From positions 16,640 through 80,639 of the forward strand of contig JAFSEB010000032.1 of the NCBI GenBank assembly GCA_017435905.1: a stretch of 64,000 nucleotides of DNA, given 5' to 3'. Below are positions 57,001 to 64,000 of the stretch, piece by piece (within the stretch, counting starts at the first letter, position 1; the number at the start of each line of letters is the position of its first letter). Under the pieces are notes generated by a model. The model saw only the letters and a list, made by a program, of their open reading frames with translations. It did no database searches and was not told the origin of the DNA. The position numbers were made by a program, and so were the translations under genes. This DNA comes from Clostridia bacterium. Its GTDB lineage: Bacteria > Bacillota > Clostridia > Christensenellales > CAG-138.

Positions 57001-60000
57001 CTTGGCGCTGGCGCTGACGATGATGCCTGCGCTGTTGCCGTCCACAAGGGTATCCGCATCGGCCTGATCGATGGCCTTCACGGCAATGCTGCCGCCGGTA
57101 CTCTTGAGGCTGCTGTTGCTGCCCGCATAGGCTTCGGTCCTGTAGTAGCTCACCGTGGGCACGACCGCTGCGTTGATGCCGATGGCGCTGACATCAAAGC
57201 CGGAGGTCATCCTTGCCTTGGCGCTGCCGCGGTTTTCGGCCTTTACGGTGATATCCCTGACAGCGGTTACATCCGCATTGCTGCCGATGTAAGCCCTGAC
57301 GGTTTGGGGAGCATCCTTGGTGCCGACGGTCGCCTCGGTGTTGCCGCCTGCGCCGCTCACAAGGCTGGCGCCGCCGCCGGATGCGCTGGTGGAATCGGCG
57401 GTGGCATTGCCCTTTGCCAGCACATCCACCTTGCCGCCTGCATTCAGGGCAACGCCGGAAACATAGGCTTCAAGGGTATCCGCTGCCGCTGCGCTTGCAA
57501 GAAGCACGGTGACCTTTGCAAGGGCTGCGCTGAAGGGCTTATTGACGGTGGCCTTCGCCGCGGTATCGGCATTGGAGCGGACGGAAGCATCCTTGCCCAC
57601 GCTGATGGTGCCGCTGCCGGTGATGTAGGCCTTGCCTGTCAGGTTGGAACTGGCTTTTGCGGTGGTACCGCTGCCGGATACGAGGGAGATCTCTGCGCCG
57701 CTGGTGCCGGGCGTGCCGGACTTCGCATAAGCGCCGGAATCCTTTGCGGTGGCTTCGCTTCTTACATCAAGGCTGCCCTTGACGGTCACGTCGCCATTTA
57801 CGTTCATGTAAGCGCTCTGCTTCATGGCAACGTTGGCGAAGGTCTCGCTTGCTGCAACGTTGAGAAGATTGAAGCTGAACACATCGGTGATGGCTTCCGC
57901 ATTGGCGAGGATCCTGCCGCAGCTGTGCACGGTCAGATCGCCCTTAGTGGCAGCAATGCTGCCCTTGCCGGTCATATAGGCGTTTGCCTTTGCATCCGCA
58001 TTGGCGGTCGCCCTGTTGGTGTTGACGGTAATGCCGCCGACGCTGCCGCCCTTACCGCCGAGAGGACCGGTGGTGGCCTGTGCATCCGTATTGTGGCCGA
58101 CGCCGATGCGGATGCTGCCTGCCTCGAGGCCTTCGCTGCGGGGAGAAACGGTGTTGATATAGGCTTCGTAGGTGCCGCCTGCGTTGGAGGTCAGCACGCC
58201 CACGCCAACATTGGCAAGGGATACGGATGCGGTGGGCTTATCGATGTTGGTTTCCGCATAGGTGGTGGCGAGGGTATGCACATCAAGCGCATTGGCGATC
58301 CTGGAACCTGCGCCGTCAACATAAGCCTTGACGGTGGATTCGCTCTTCGCATCCGCCACGTTCACCTTTACGTTGATGCCGGAAATATCCGCATAGCTGG
58401 CGCCAACAGCGGCAACAGCGCCGGTGTTTTCCGCCTTCCCGGGGATATTGATGAGCCCGGTGGTGCTGTTATAGGAAGGTTCAAGGTCGGTGTCCACGTT
58501 GTAGCGGGAAAGCACCCTTGCGCTGTCCGCCTCAACGAACACGCCCTTAATGTAGGCTTCCTGTGCTGCTGCAAGGCGGGATACCACGGTGTTGCTGGTC
58601 ATGCCCGCAGCAGCGAAGGTCAGGTAGCCGCCCTTGACGGAGGCATCGGAGAGGGCGGTGCCGGTGTTGACAACGCTCACATCCTGCGCCTTCAGCGTGC
58701 CGCTGCCGCTGATACCGGCCTTGGAACCGGTCTCAACTTCCGCATAGCCCACGTTGACCTTGCCCGCATAGTAGTTCACGTCCACGCCGCCGTTGGCAGG
58801 AGTGATCTCCGTCTTGGCGGTGGATTCGTACTTGTTGTCGGCGGTCACATCGCCGTTTGCGGTGATGCTGCCCTTGCTTTCAAGCAGCGCCTCAAAGGTG
58901 CCGTTTGCGTAGGCATAGCCCACCATGACGCCGATGGAAGCAAGACCGCTGCTGAGGTTGTCGATATCTGCAACAGCCTTGGAAAGGCCTCGGCTCAGAA
59001 CGGTGATGCCCTTGCCGACGGTCAGGTTCCTGCCTGCCACCTTCGCACGGCCGGTGGCGTCCGCATTGGCGATGGCGGTGTTGACCGCTGCCGTTGCTGC
59101 GCCCAGCGATGCGGAGAAGATGTAGGCTTCCGCCAGCGCACTCTTGGCGATGTTCTTGTCGTAGGTGTTGTTCTTATAGTCAAGGATCAGATTGCCGCTG
59201 ACCTTGTCCTGATTCTGGTTGGATACCGCCTCAAGGCTGCCGTTGATGACGCAGTCCGCATCGGTCGCAAAGATCGCTTCCTGCACGGCGCTGATGTCCG
59301 CATAGGAAAGGGATACGTTTGCCGCAACGCCGCCTGCAGCGGCATTGCCCACAACGGCGTATGCGTGTGCATTGCCCCTTGCGTTGACGGATACGTCATC
59401 CGCATTGAAGATGCCGTCTGTGCCCTGTACCACCGCACGGTTGCCGCTTTCATTGAGGGCAACAGCGAAGTTGAGGGCTGCCGTAACGTTGCCTGCGGTG
59501 CCGGTGATCATGTTCACCTGTGCATCGGAGTTATAGGGTTTTTCGGCGGTGCCTGCGTTGAGGCTGAGATCGCCGTCGAGCTTCACGGTGCTGCCCGTGG
59601 TGTCAAGGAGCGCCCGGTTGTCGGTCTTCTGCTCTGCTACCGCCACGGTAGCGCCGACGGCAACGGCGCCTGCGGTGGCCGCCACGGTGTTGACCATCAC
59701 GTCGCCATCCATGGTGGCGTTAACGGTAAGGTCTTCTGCGGTGATGTTGGCCTTGTTTACCGCTGCGATGCCCTTTGCCCGGTTGAAGCCGAGGGCGACC
59801 GCACCGTTCACGGCGACTGCGCCGCCGCCAATGCCGAGCACGTTGACCATGGTCTCGCCGGAAACATCGCTCTTAACGGCAATATCCTTTGCGGTCACAC
59901 CGCCGGATGCGGAGGCGTTGTCGCCTGCAACCGCATGGCCGCTGTTGACAGCCGTGCCGATGTAGGTTTCCGCATGGAGCCTGTTGATGGCGATCGCCAC

Positions 60001-63000
60001 GGAGGCACCCACCGCCACACCGCCAAAGGAGGCGGAGATGATGTTGGTGACCGTTTCGGAGGAGAATGCGGTATCAACGTTTACATTGTGGCCGGCTGCG
60101 CTCAGGGTAACGCCCCTGCCGATGTAGGTGTTGACCTTGGTATCGTTGATGGCGAGAGAGACGCCTGCGTTCACCGCCGCAACGCCGCCCGCAAGGTTCG
60201 CAACGGAGCTGTTCACATTGGTGCTGCCGTTGGTCTTCACGGAAACGGGACCGGTGATGTTTTGGAGCTTCGCATTGCCTGCGATGCCGGTCTCCACCTT
60301 GCCGCCGAAGTAGGCAACGCCTGCGGAAACGTTCACGCCCGCAACGCCGCCTGCAATGCCGGTATGCACGGTGAGCACTTCACCGAATACCATGTCGCCC
60401 GCAACTTCCACGCCGGCTGCCTTTTCGACATCGCCTGCGAGGATCGCCTTCACATCGCTGAACACGAGGAGGATGGCACCGCCGACGCCGACGCCTGCGA
60501 TACCGCCGCCGCCCATGATGCCGATAAGGCGGATCTTATTGGCGGACTTCACTTCGATGTCCTGCTCATTGAGCAGTTCCATCACGCTGCTCTGGTCAAG
60601 AGAAGCGTTTTCCACTCTGCTTTCGCTGAGCACCTTGTCGGAAGCGCCGGTGGCGGCGTGTACCGTCACCTTCTTGCCGGCGGAAAGGACTGCGCCGTCT
60701 TCCACAAGGGCTGCCACGTTGGAGAACACGGCCGCTGCGCTGAGGCCTACGCCCACGCCTGCCGCACCGGCGCCGCCCACGGTACCGCTGACCATGTTGG
60801 CGCTGATGGCATCGGTGGCAAGAACGTTGATGTTTTCGGTGGCGATCACATTGGCGTTCTTGTTCACCTTGGCGGTGGTGGAATCGGAAAGGCCTGCAAC
60901 AGGGGAAGCGGTGACCTTGTGGCCATCCGCTGCAGCGGTCTGCTGATTGGTGCTGTTTACGGTCACGCTGCCGTCCGCATTCTCGGTGTAAGGCGTGCTG
61001 CCGGTATCCTGACCGTATTCGGAGTAATCGTTCTGCGCCTGCTTCTGGCCGTCGCCTGCAAGAAGCACCGCAAGGGCCTCATCATCGCTGGGTTTGTAGC
61101 CCTGCGCAGCGCTGTGGCCGGCATCGAAGCTGCCCTTTACCTGCGCATCGGGATCCATGCCGCTGTAGAGGGTATCGTGTGCATCCTGCGGCAGCTTGTT
61201 GCCGAATACGACAACGCTCAGCGATACGCCAACGGCTGCAACGCCGCTGCCGGTGACCGTTGCCACGGTGGTAACGGCATCACGGTTGGAGATGGCTTCC
61301 ACGTTGACGTTCCTGCCGGAAACCACGGCATTTTCGCCGATGACGGCGGAAACGGTGTTGAAGCTGACGCTGACGAGGGCGGTGACCGCCACGGCAGCGG
61401 TACCGCTGCCGGAGACGGTAACGACTACCGCCACAAGCTCATAAGTATCGATGGCACGAACGTTCACATCGCCCTTGGCATATACCTTTGCATTGCTGCC
61501 GATATACGCTTCGGTCTTCACGATGTTCACGATCACATCCAGAGTGCCGCCGACGCCTGCCACGCCTGCGCCGCTGAAGCCGCCTGCATCTGCAGTGACG
61601 AATTCGTTGGAAACGGCGGTGACATCCACGCTGCCGGTAACGGGGGCAGCTGCGGTGCCGATCTTCGCACCATCCTGAATGTATGCCTTAGTGATGTTCT
61701 TGAAGTAGGTGACCACCGCAACGGCAGTTACGCCTGCGGTACCTGCACCTGCGCCGCCGATGCCGATGTTGTAGAGGTTGGAATCCGCTTCTGCGTTCAC
61801 ACGCACGTTGCGAGCCTTCTCCACGCTGCCAAGGGAGGCGGTCACTTCATTTTCAAATACGAGGGTATTCACATCGCCCGCAACGCCGGCGGTGCCGCCT
61901 GCGCCAAAGGCAATGGCAAGAAGCCAAAGGTCATCGTCCGCCTTTGCATCGACGGTCACATCGCCTGCATCGGAGGAAGCGGTGCCGGAAAGGATGGCTT
62001 CCACGGTCTTGTCAAATACCAGCACGACCACCGTCGCACCGACGCCTGCGGTACCGCCTGCGCCGAGACCGCCTGCAAGGTCGAGGATAAAGGTCTCATC
62101 GGAGGCTTCCACCGCCACATCGGAGGAGGAGGTGTACTTTTCGCTCTCGCCGCCGTTTTCGGTGACGGTCATCTCCGCTTCGCTGCCGGAAGCGTTGAGC
62201 GTTGCGCCGTCCACCTTCGCACGGTAGGTATTGCCTGCCACGAGGGTGTTGATGACGCCTGCCGCACCTGCAGTGCCGCCGCCTGCGCCGGAAACGGAGA
62301 TCATGAGCATGTTCTCCGCACCGGTTGCGCTGACCGCAACGCCGCGCCTGCGCTCTTTCCTATTGGGGAGCTTCACGCCGCTGTCGTTGATGTTGGCCTG
62401 CAGTTTGCCGTTTGCGGTGAGGACCGCATCCTTCCCAACGAGGGCTTCCACGGTATTCTGAAGGATCGCCGTGGAGACCGCTGCGCCCACGCCGGCGGTG
62501 CTTGCGGCACCGATCGCGCCGGATACGATGTAAACGCCGGAATCAAGGTTTGCGATCACGCCGATGGAATCGCCGGCGGTCAGTTTCGCACCGCTGCCGA
62601 CCTCAGCCTTCACTTCGTTGAGGCTGACGGTCACGGGGATCACGCCTGCGATGCCTGCCGTGCCTGCGGATGCGCCGAGGGCGAAGCCGATGATCAGCTC
62701 CATATCCTCCGCAAGGGCTTCCACGAGCACATTGCCATCGGCAGAGGTAAGTTCTGCGCCGCTGCCCACGAGCACGTTAAGGTCACGCTCGAAGACGTTG
62801 ACGATCACGGTGGCACCTACGCCTACGGTGCTGGCGCCGGCAGCTGCCATGCCGACTACGACCATGGTGCTGTCGGAAACGCCCCTCACGGTCACATTGC
62901 GCAGGGCGTTGATCTTCACGTTGTCGCCGACCTGTGCGGTGGTGGTGCCAAGGGAAACGAGTGCGCTCACGGTACCCGCAGCGCCCACGGTGCCGGCAGG

Positions 63001-64000
63001 CGCCGCAGAAACGGATGCGAGAACGCTGATGAGCTTTTCAAGGGTGACCGCCTCAACGGTGACGGCACCTGCGCTGTTGATGGTGGTGTTGCTGCCGATC
63101 TTTGCGGCGGTATCGGTCTCGGAGACGATCACCGCAATGGTGCCGCCTGCTGCGACCTTACCCATGCTGACGGAAACGGAGAAGCTCGGGAGCAGCAGAT
63201 AGCTGTCGCTCTTCGCCTTCACGCTCACATCGCCGCCGGTAGCGGTGATGCTGCTGTTTTCGCCCACGCTTGCGGCCGCCTCGTTGTTCATGGCGATCAC
63301 ATTCAGCGTGCCGCCCACGGTGGCGGTGCCCGATGCGCTGTCGGAAAGCGCCGCCGCCACGGTGATCACCATGAAGTCGTTGGTGCTTTCCGCCGTTTCT
63401 GCAAAGCTCTTTGCGGTGATGACGGCGCCATCGCCCACAGTTGCCTTTACGGTGGAATCGTTCGCAAGGGCTGCAACGGTCACGCCCACGCCCACGGTGG
63501 CCGGGGATGCGGACAGGGAACCGGAAATGATGCGTGCGGTGGCTTCATCCTCCGCTTCCACGATGGCGTCGCCCGTCATTTCGAGGGTGATGCCGTTGCC
63601 GAGGATGACCTCGGTCAGCGCTTCATAGTAGATCATCGCCATGGAGCCCGCAACCGCTGCGGTGGAAGAGGCGCCGCCCACGATGGTGCCGGCGATGGCT
63701 TCCGCATAGTAGTTGTTGGAGCTCAGGAAGTTCAGAAGGTCAACGGCCGAAAGGATCTTATCGGTGGTGATGTTGATGGTCACCGTGTAGCCCTTGTTGG
63801 CAGCGGTAACGTCCTTCTTGATGTCGATGATGCCGCGTTCGGAAGTATCGGTGGATTCAAGCCCGGTGGAATCGGTAAAGAGGTAGGAAAGATCGACAGT
63901 GGGAACGAAATCCTCGATGGTGACCTTATCCTTGACGGCGGAAACGGTGAGGTTCCTGCCCTTGACGGTCACGTTGTTGCCGATGACGGTCTCAACAATA
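48031..64000 (-). CDS. Giant modular repeat protein of more than 5,320 aa, 5'-partial (the N-terminus lies beyond the window). It is a candidate cell-surface fibre or adhesin with a C-terminal membrane/cell-wall anchor signal.
   Basis: The frame is unbroken from 64000 to the TAA at 48031-48033. The codons 63973-63999 upstream of the track's GTG are open and continue the repeat pattern. The translation shows ordered modules rather than random composition, and a hydrophobic helix plus RRRRK tail at the C-terminus. Confidence 0.85.
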   Translation of the reverse strand, partial: IVETVIGNNVTVKGRNLTVSAVKDKVTIEDFVPTVDLSYLFTDSTGLESTDTSERGIIDIKKDVTAANKGYTVTINITTDKILSAVDLLNFLSSNNYYAEAIAGTIVGGASSTAAVAGSMAMIYYEALTEVILGNGITLEMTGDAIVEAEDEATARIISGSLSASPATVGVGVTVAALANDSTVKATVGDGAVITAKSFAETAESTNDFMVITVAAALSDSASGTATVGGTLNVIAMNNEAAASVGENSSITATGGDVSVKAKSDSYLLLPSFSVSVSMGKVAAGGTIAVIVSETDTAAKIGSNTTINSAGAVTVEAVTLEKLISVLASVSAAPAGTVGAAGTVSALVSLGTTTAQVGDNVKINALRNVTVRGVSDSTMVVVGMAAAGASTVGVGATVIVNVFERDLNVLVGSGAELTSADGNVLVEALAEDMELIIGFALGASAGTAGIAGVIPVTVSLNEVKAEVGSGAKLTAGDSIGVIANLDSGVYIVSGAIGAASTAGVGAAVSTAILQNTVEALVGKDAVLTANGKLQANINDSGVKLPNRKERRRGVAVSATGAENMLMISVSGAGGGTAGAAGVINTLVAGNTYRAKVDGATLNASGSEAEMTVTENGGESEKYTSSSDVAVEASDETFILDLAGGLGAGGTAGVGATVVVLVFDKTVEAILSGTASSDAGDVTVDAKADDDLWLLAIAFGAGGTAGVAGDVNTLVFENEVTASLGSVEKARNVRVNAEADSNLYNIGIGGAGAGTAGVTAVAVVTYFKNITKAYIQDGAKIGTAAAPVTGSVDVTAVSNEFVTADAGGFSGAGVAGVGGTLDVIVNIVKTEAYIGSNAKVYAKGDVNVRAIDTYELVAVVVTVSGSGTAAVAVTALVSVSFNTVSAVIGENAVVSGRNVNVEAISNRDAVTTVATVTGSGVAAVGVSLSVVVFGNKLPQDAHDTLYSGMDPDAQVKGSFDAGHSAAQGYKPSDDEALAVLLAGDGQKQAQNDYSEYGQDTGSTPYTENADGSVTVNSTNQQTAAADGHKVTASPVAGLSDSTTAKVNKNANVIATENINVLATDAISANMVSGTVGGAGAAGVGVGLSAAAVFSNVAALVEDGAVLSAGKKVTVHAATGASDKVLSESRVENASLDQSSVMELLNEQDIEVKSANKIRLIGIMGGGGIAGVGVGGAILLVFSDVKAILAGDVEKAAGVEVAGDMVFGEVLTVHTGIAGGVAGVNVSAGVAYFGGKVETGIAGNAKLQNITGPVSVKTNGSTNVNSSVANLAGGVAAVNAGVSLAINDTKVNTYIGRGVTLSAAGHNVNVDTAFSSETVTNIISASFGGVAVGASVAIAINRLHAETYIGTAVNSGHAVAGDNASASGGVTAKDIAVKSDVSGETMVNVLGIGGGAVAVNGAVALGFNRAKGIAAVNKANITAEDLTVNATMDGDVMVNTVAATAGAVAVGATVAVAEQKTDNRALLDTTGSTVKLDGDLSLNAGTAEKPYNSDAQVNMITGTAGNVTAALNFAVALNESGNRAVVQGTDGIFNADDVSVNARGNAHAYAVVGNAAAGGVAANVSLSYADISAVQEAIFATDADCVINGSLEAVSNQNQDKVSGNLILDYKNNTYDKNIAKSALAEAYIFSASLGAATAAVNTAIANADATGRAKVAGRNLTVGKGITVLSRGLSKAVADIDNLSSGLASIGVMVGYAYANGTFEALLESKGSITANGDVTADNKYESTAKTEITPANGGVDVNYYAGKVNVGYAEVETGSKAGISGSGTLKAQDVSVVNTGTALSDASVKGGYLTFAAAGMTSNTVVSRLAAAQEAYIKGVFVEADSARVLSRYNVDTDLEPSYNSTTGLINIPGKAENTGAVAAVGASYADISGINVKVNVADAKSESTVKAYVDGAGSRIANALDVHTLATTYAETNIDKPTASVSLANVGVGVLTSNAGGTYEAYINTVSPRSEGLEAGSIRIGVGHNTDAQATTGPLGGKGGSVGGITVNTNRATANADAKANAYMTGKGSIAATKGDLTVHSCGRILANAEAITDVFSFNLLNVAASETFANVAMKQSAYMNVNGDVTVKGSLDVRSEATAKDSGAYAKSGTPGTSGAEISLVSGSGTTAKASSNLTGKAYITGSGTISVGKDASVRSNADTAAKATVNKPFSAALAKVTVLLASAAAADTLEAYVSGVALNAGGKVDVLAKGNATADSTSASGGGASLVSGAGGNTEATVGTKDAPQTVRAYIGSNADVTAVRDITVKAENRGSAKARMTSGFDVSAIGINAAVVPTVSYYRTEAYAGSNSSLKSTGGSIAVKAIDQADADTLVDGNSAGIIVSASAKYAENTVEQTTSASVGSNANLWAHKDIRVEADSNAKMHASTNANSGGIFDGGTLQAHNSLKRDVDTKVLDGATLFADFGSIDILSRAGEKDDIETIASGNSAGIVTIGNVKSNTRYVSSSDVTVGGGVNITNTFGNVNIQSHNSAAKVKTEGDIGSVALGGDTDAEANLPDRDYSTEFTLASRVNIANGSSDRSKVTAKNIDVKADIVTLSIDNYSYASTKGFLNFAHAYSDVHFYLDAAATVGNAHLNAYDSLSILADGTPDNGGNHISVKADTKITAFAGRVESYARLYGSADVKVTVLDGARLTGADVRIDRNAFNGNVFIDAVGTRKAIASEKESEVNNLNKTATTSIGSGVIFDIGDAAAGIAIDVYEEDGNVKVRSVGTTSSFKHTFVGSSIRFSNIANVMPGKLTVIGNANGLADNTIYGQQYIHTLTVTNRTDYDLVLQNIDLFNETFTHATVNALNLRQSNSYNKSKLGVSENTVPKITVESRGRGDVTFAGLVSNERGSLTVVWTEENKGEDDDDEEGPYNGSLYTVPQVLGSFSGVAPIWVHELNIVNAHNIGSSEADRFLAYLAVFGGEDAVINTTATGDVYMALTLTEITCVDRLSDAPLSGAAINGTLDLNSIVAKGDLDILLPTALRMEYLADSRVATVVIPGAIQFTTETLDLGNVTVSAEDLQKFLIGAQNGEYKLYTLPNGTQLQLDADGNVRRIISAEGHSLDTSLYSINGSVVTFHEYGGMTLDLATGVLTAGDEGYELYVVKDSKGWYTLNGTVEAKDEMLLYLVTESGYEQEDSSSLYLWKSHDGVTYYFITEDDYNNRTNPDHDKYFVLAIETGTNYLLGVYEGVRKAGEEKYNVNMSLSSTTTSAPEADGSYTKTLIYTGSCFDSAFGTTSYDFSATLSQTVTEKYDKDGKLLDTVKGDITVSATLAGWSGFEPGKNYYYGSAENKYLAGYRVWTPTAANIGDSVSRAQVTVLYNYIDLTALSQQDIVLDNGEDGEKGTDDDITANGYVIEDGDKTWNILLNTVYEFTDVNGYKGTDEFGNPKKYVLQSAESARSIEWVEKKIGFVTFRFPRIKIATEATIKLEAGQSITLADFRYEGLDVYRVSKDLLVSTDGRIIKNVWDRAEDGTFLDKGAHTQLRYDLNSGDVTVNRYKEDGITAENGVAYDAAEGNVTLHGQQHLLRMSESVAKGTDGKYYFYNGSAWVAATAVSSFAAEAEITVYNNENTVVMTVHSENGVTYHTEYRSGNPYVRVGSDGSVYWFDETVEESIKQKEISGTDYSVKELEGSSVKLTVQDNGASLLDGDEGTDDADITATEGDVTVEMSSSGTLGEESNPIDVVTKAEDGKLIILDANGDPVVNMNAYIYVPEGDLELDPLTKVVGSELVIVLANGSLIGYDLIVENEGEKRGSVTILTNQVEVREDGKVVGFTGNTAATSEGNISFHNIRTVSSDLLFDAAGSITVEEDLDWYTATGSANEVTPEGIKAEDSTYTWTAAGDITVVGGIYADDSELNMTADRSFRADQGTTESAVAVNGSIVNVTAAEDASIVGGVEAAASELSVTAENGSFSLEQGTSGNAIEAEDSTVTVAAGVDAEVTGMVKAADSTVSVTAKTGSFTLDKGASENAADSTSSDVTVTAGEDITLTGNMKASGSSITLDALDGSITADKTGSVNSKLNWTAGEDILFDSIIAKKSEVILAAEGNIGKNSGIECGEYGERAFIKFADTDTDADSRLSLTAKGAIASEDSRLIVDIPAAVTLNIPVAGNIHIDSLDLILGNRNAEDPTKYDEVEVGDTPILGVDIVTHPDNPKVNEFTGYLGSDRVTELEGDHLKEIEKQFLEMALASQSPAELAAWIMERADRENWTSQLSAAVVESLLGLAREEGLDPKWIAELMGAERIFEILGDDRKAELADEVRKMQTYELERITDAKEVASAMSDEALAAFFANLTDAQKRQAGLDPDTATAISRTQVERLLQLGSFPGLHGALRYLDDNFLAALALRKDDTGAKEVEKMLADDSSIVYDAIFGIPDGAINAEDAEATLHPDEKAPDSGSGYETGYRDAKAVLTKLLELQLTADGPESIPNLGEYLGSLLTEEDIEALYRAAIDGSTFPEGEDTIDDPEPKELTVSIGESTGTTYLYNDGSITVTQAEGDLTAGEITSERGNVTVTVEEGSLLAGEAVAEDGHHILGRDITLTAAADVGTEEAPLKLEQRDNAPEIVVGVEEDMYYDGEYADKRAEGVTEFVPTEAEKKYVLRQVAVLDENGNAVLDGNGNPVMQWILDVEVRYDWIRADQPDPEPRMVLTVNAGKNAFVEELTGSVAGSVTAGGDAGLTVNDGEVGTYEDPFVTDVDGTVTVNAKDDISISDPGDLDLIANSENGQVNAEAKGDIDLSNNNGQDLVVGPVVSETGDVSIDADGDLVEGDRYEKETQVQGENISLKADGAIGTEEDPFDVDTGDEGTLSAEGTELVISETTGDLTLEKITATEGDVTITAPGSIEEAGNAGAAMDGAAEADREADRAESEADAKEDAADVLEDHAAGLEEKEAAAKEETAKAEDALNSAKDRIGEIENILKELDKIRADESLSEEEKKAAMDAVLGESREADLKRELETLKGTLPQLEEALKKAEEAEAAATAEAEAARSEADSARAEAEAARQDAEAKREAADKALEEALKQEPTVQLPGDLDITAGGSIGSEDAPLSAAVGGGITAEAPDGVHIAGYGDVNIKDITSDSDVTVSADGDITGSGKNTHIDAPHVELDSLTGSVGTEKEPIRLDTDSLSGSAKDDFAVQDKDDLEIGSIDAGGKADITAGGDITAAPGETPNISAGEAELDAQGNIGTREDPIRVNADKITAEGEDIALDIKGDTTIHQIKGDDIVINAEGDVYGDPDLPKQDYHIIGDSLELTAKGDIGTEEEPLRILVPGKVKIESVYGDVHYQNYYEPETGTGTPGTPTTGGEEALLPIAMMFLAAAMCLALARRRRKQGA

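Noticed and set aside
55633-64000. Regularly spaced DNA repeats in the giant gene, considered as a possible CRISPR array or tandem satellite.
   Set aside because: The repeats are diverged and in-frame, with a period of about 150-175 nt and no conserved short direct repeat with unique spacers. No cas genes are present. They are protein-coding repeats.

Overview
This is a 64-kb chromosomal window that looks like a high-GC Clostridia-type Firmicute. The taxon is an inference from GGAGG ribosome-binding sites, two T-box leaders, sigma-A-type promoters and AT-rich intergenic DNA. I could run no searches, so every product call comes from reading motifs in the supplied translations.

The window holds about 50 protein genes, one intact tRNA (Val-CAC), one tRNA-Ser-like 3' fragment and two T-box riboswitches. 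I saw no rRNA, CRISPR array, transposase or integrase.

Layout, left to right:
- 1-470: tRNA-Ser 3' fragments inside a degenerate tandem repeat.
- 960-12323 (minus): a cation/proton antiporter, then a nine-gene hydantoin-utilisation-like locus. It encodes a racemase, two tandem M19 paralogs, a small membrane protein, an SSS permease, an orphan 236-aa protein, an amidohydrolase, an M20 carbamoylase-type amidase and an NhaC-type antiporter.
- 12659-14499 (plus): a divergent nitroreductase and LysR regulator pair.
- 14560-23529 (minus): a T-box-controlled seven-gene aryl-acid operon (acyl-CoA ligase, SSS permease, iorA, iorB, paaK, ACT protein, aminotransferase). The best reading of the specifier is UAC (Tyr).
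- 23569-30435: accessory genes for selenium-dependent molybdenum hydroxylases (XdhC-like, P-loop NTPase, yqeC, yqeB). They are fused in one operon with a FecCD/BtuCD-type ABC importer and a SAM methyltransferase, and no hydroxylase is in view.
- 30432-30825: a promoter, 17-codon leader ORF and attenuator unit in front of a 63-aa basic protein.
- 30850-47935: housekeeping genes (ygiQ, cupin, DUF606 transporter, T-box-valS, DUF1836/NfeD/flotillin, tRNA-Val, deacetylase, queA-tgt-tsaE-tsaB-rimI, RidA, comEC, a methyltransferase).
- 48031-64000 (minus): one uninterrupted ORF of more than 5,320 codons that is still open at the window edge. It is a modular giant surface-protein candidate and the most unusual object in the window.

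The many long antisense ORFs in the track are GC-composition artefacts.
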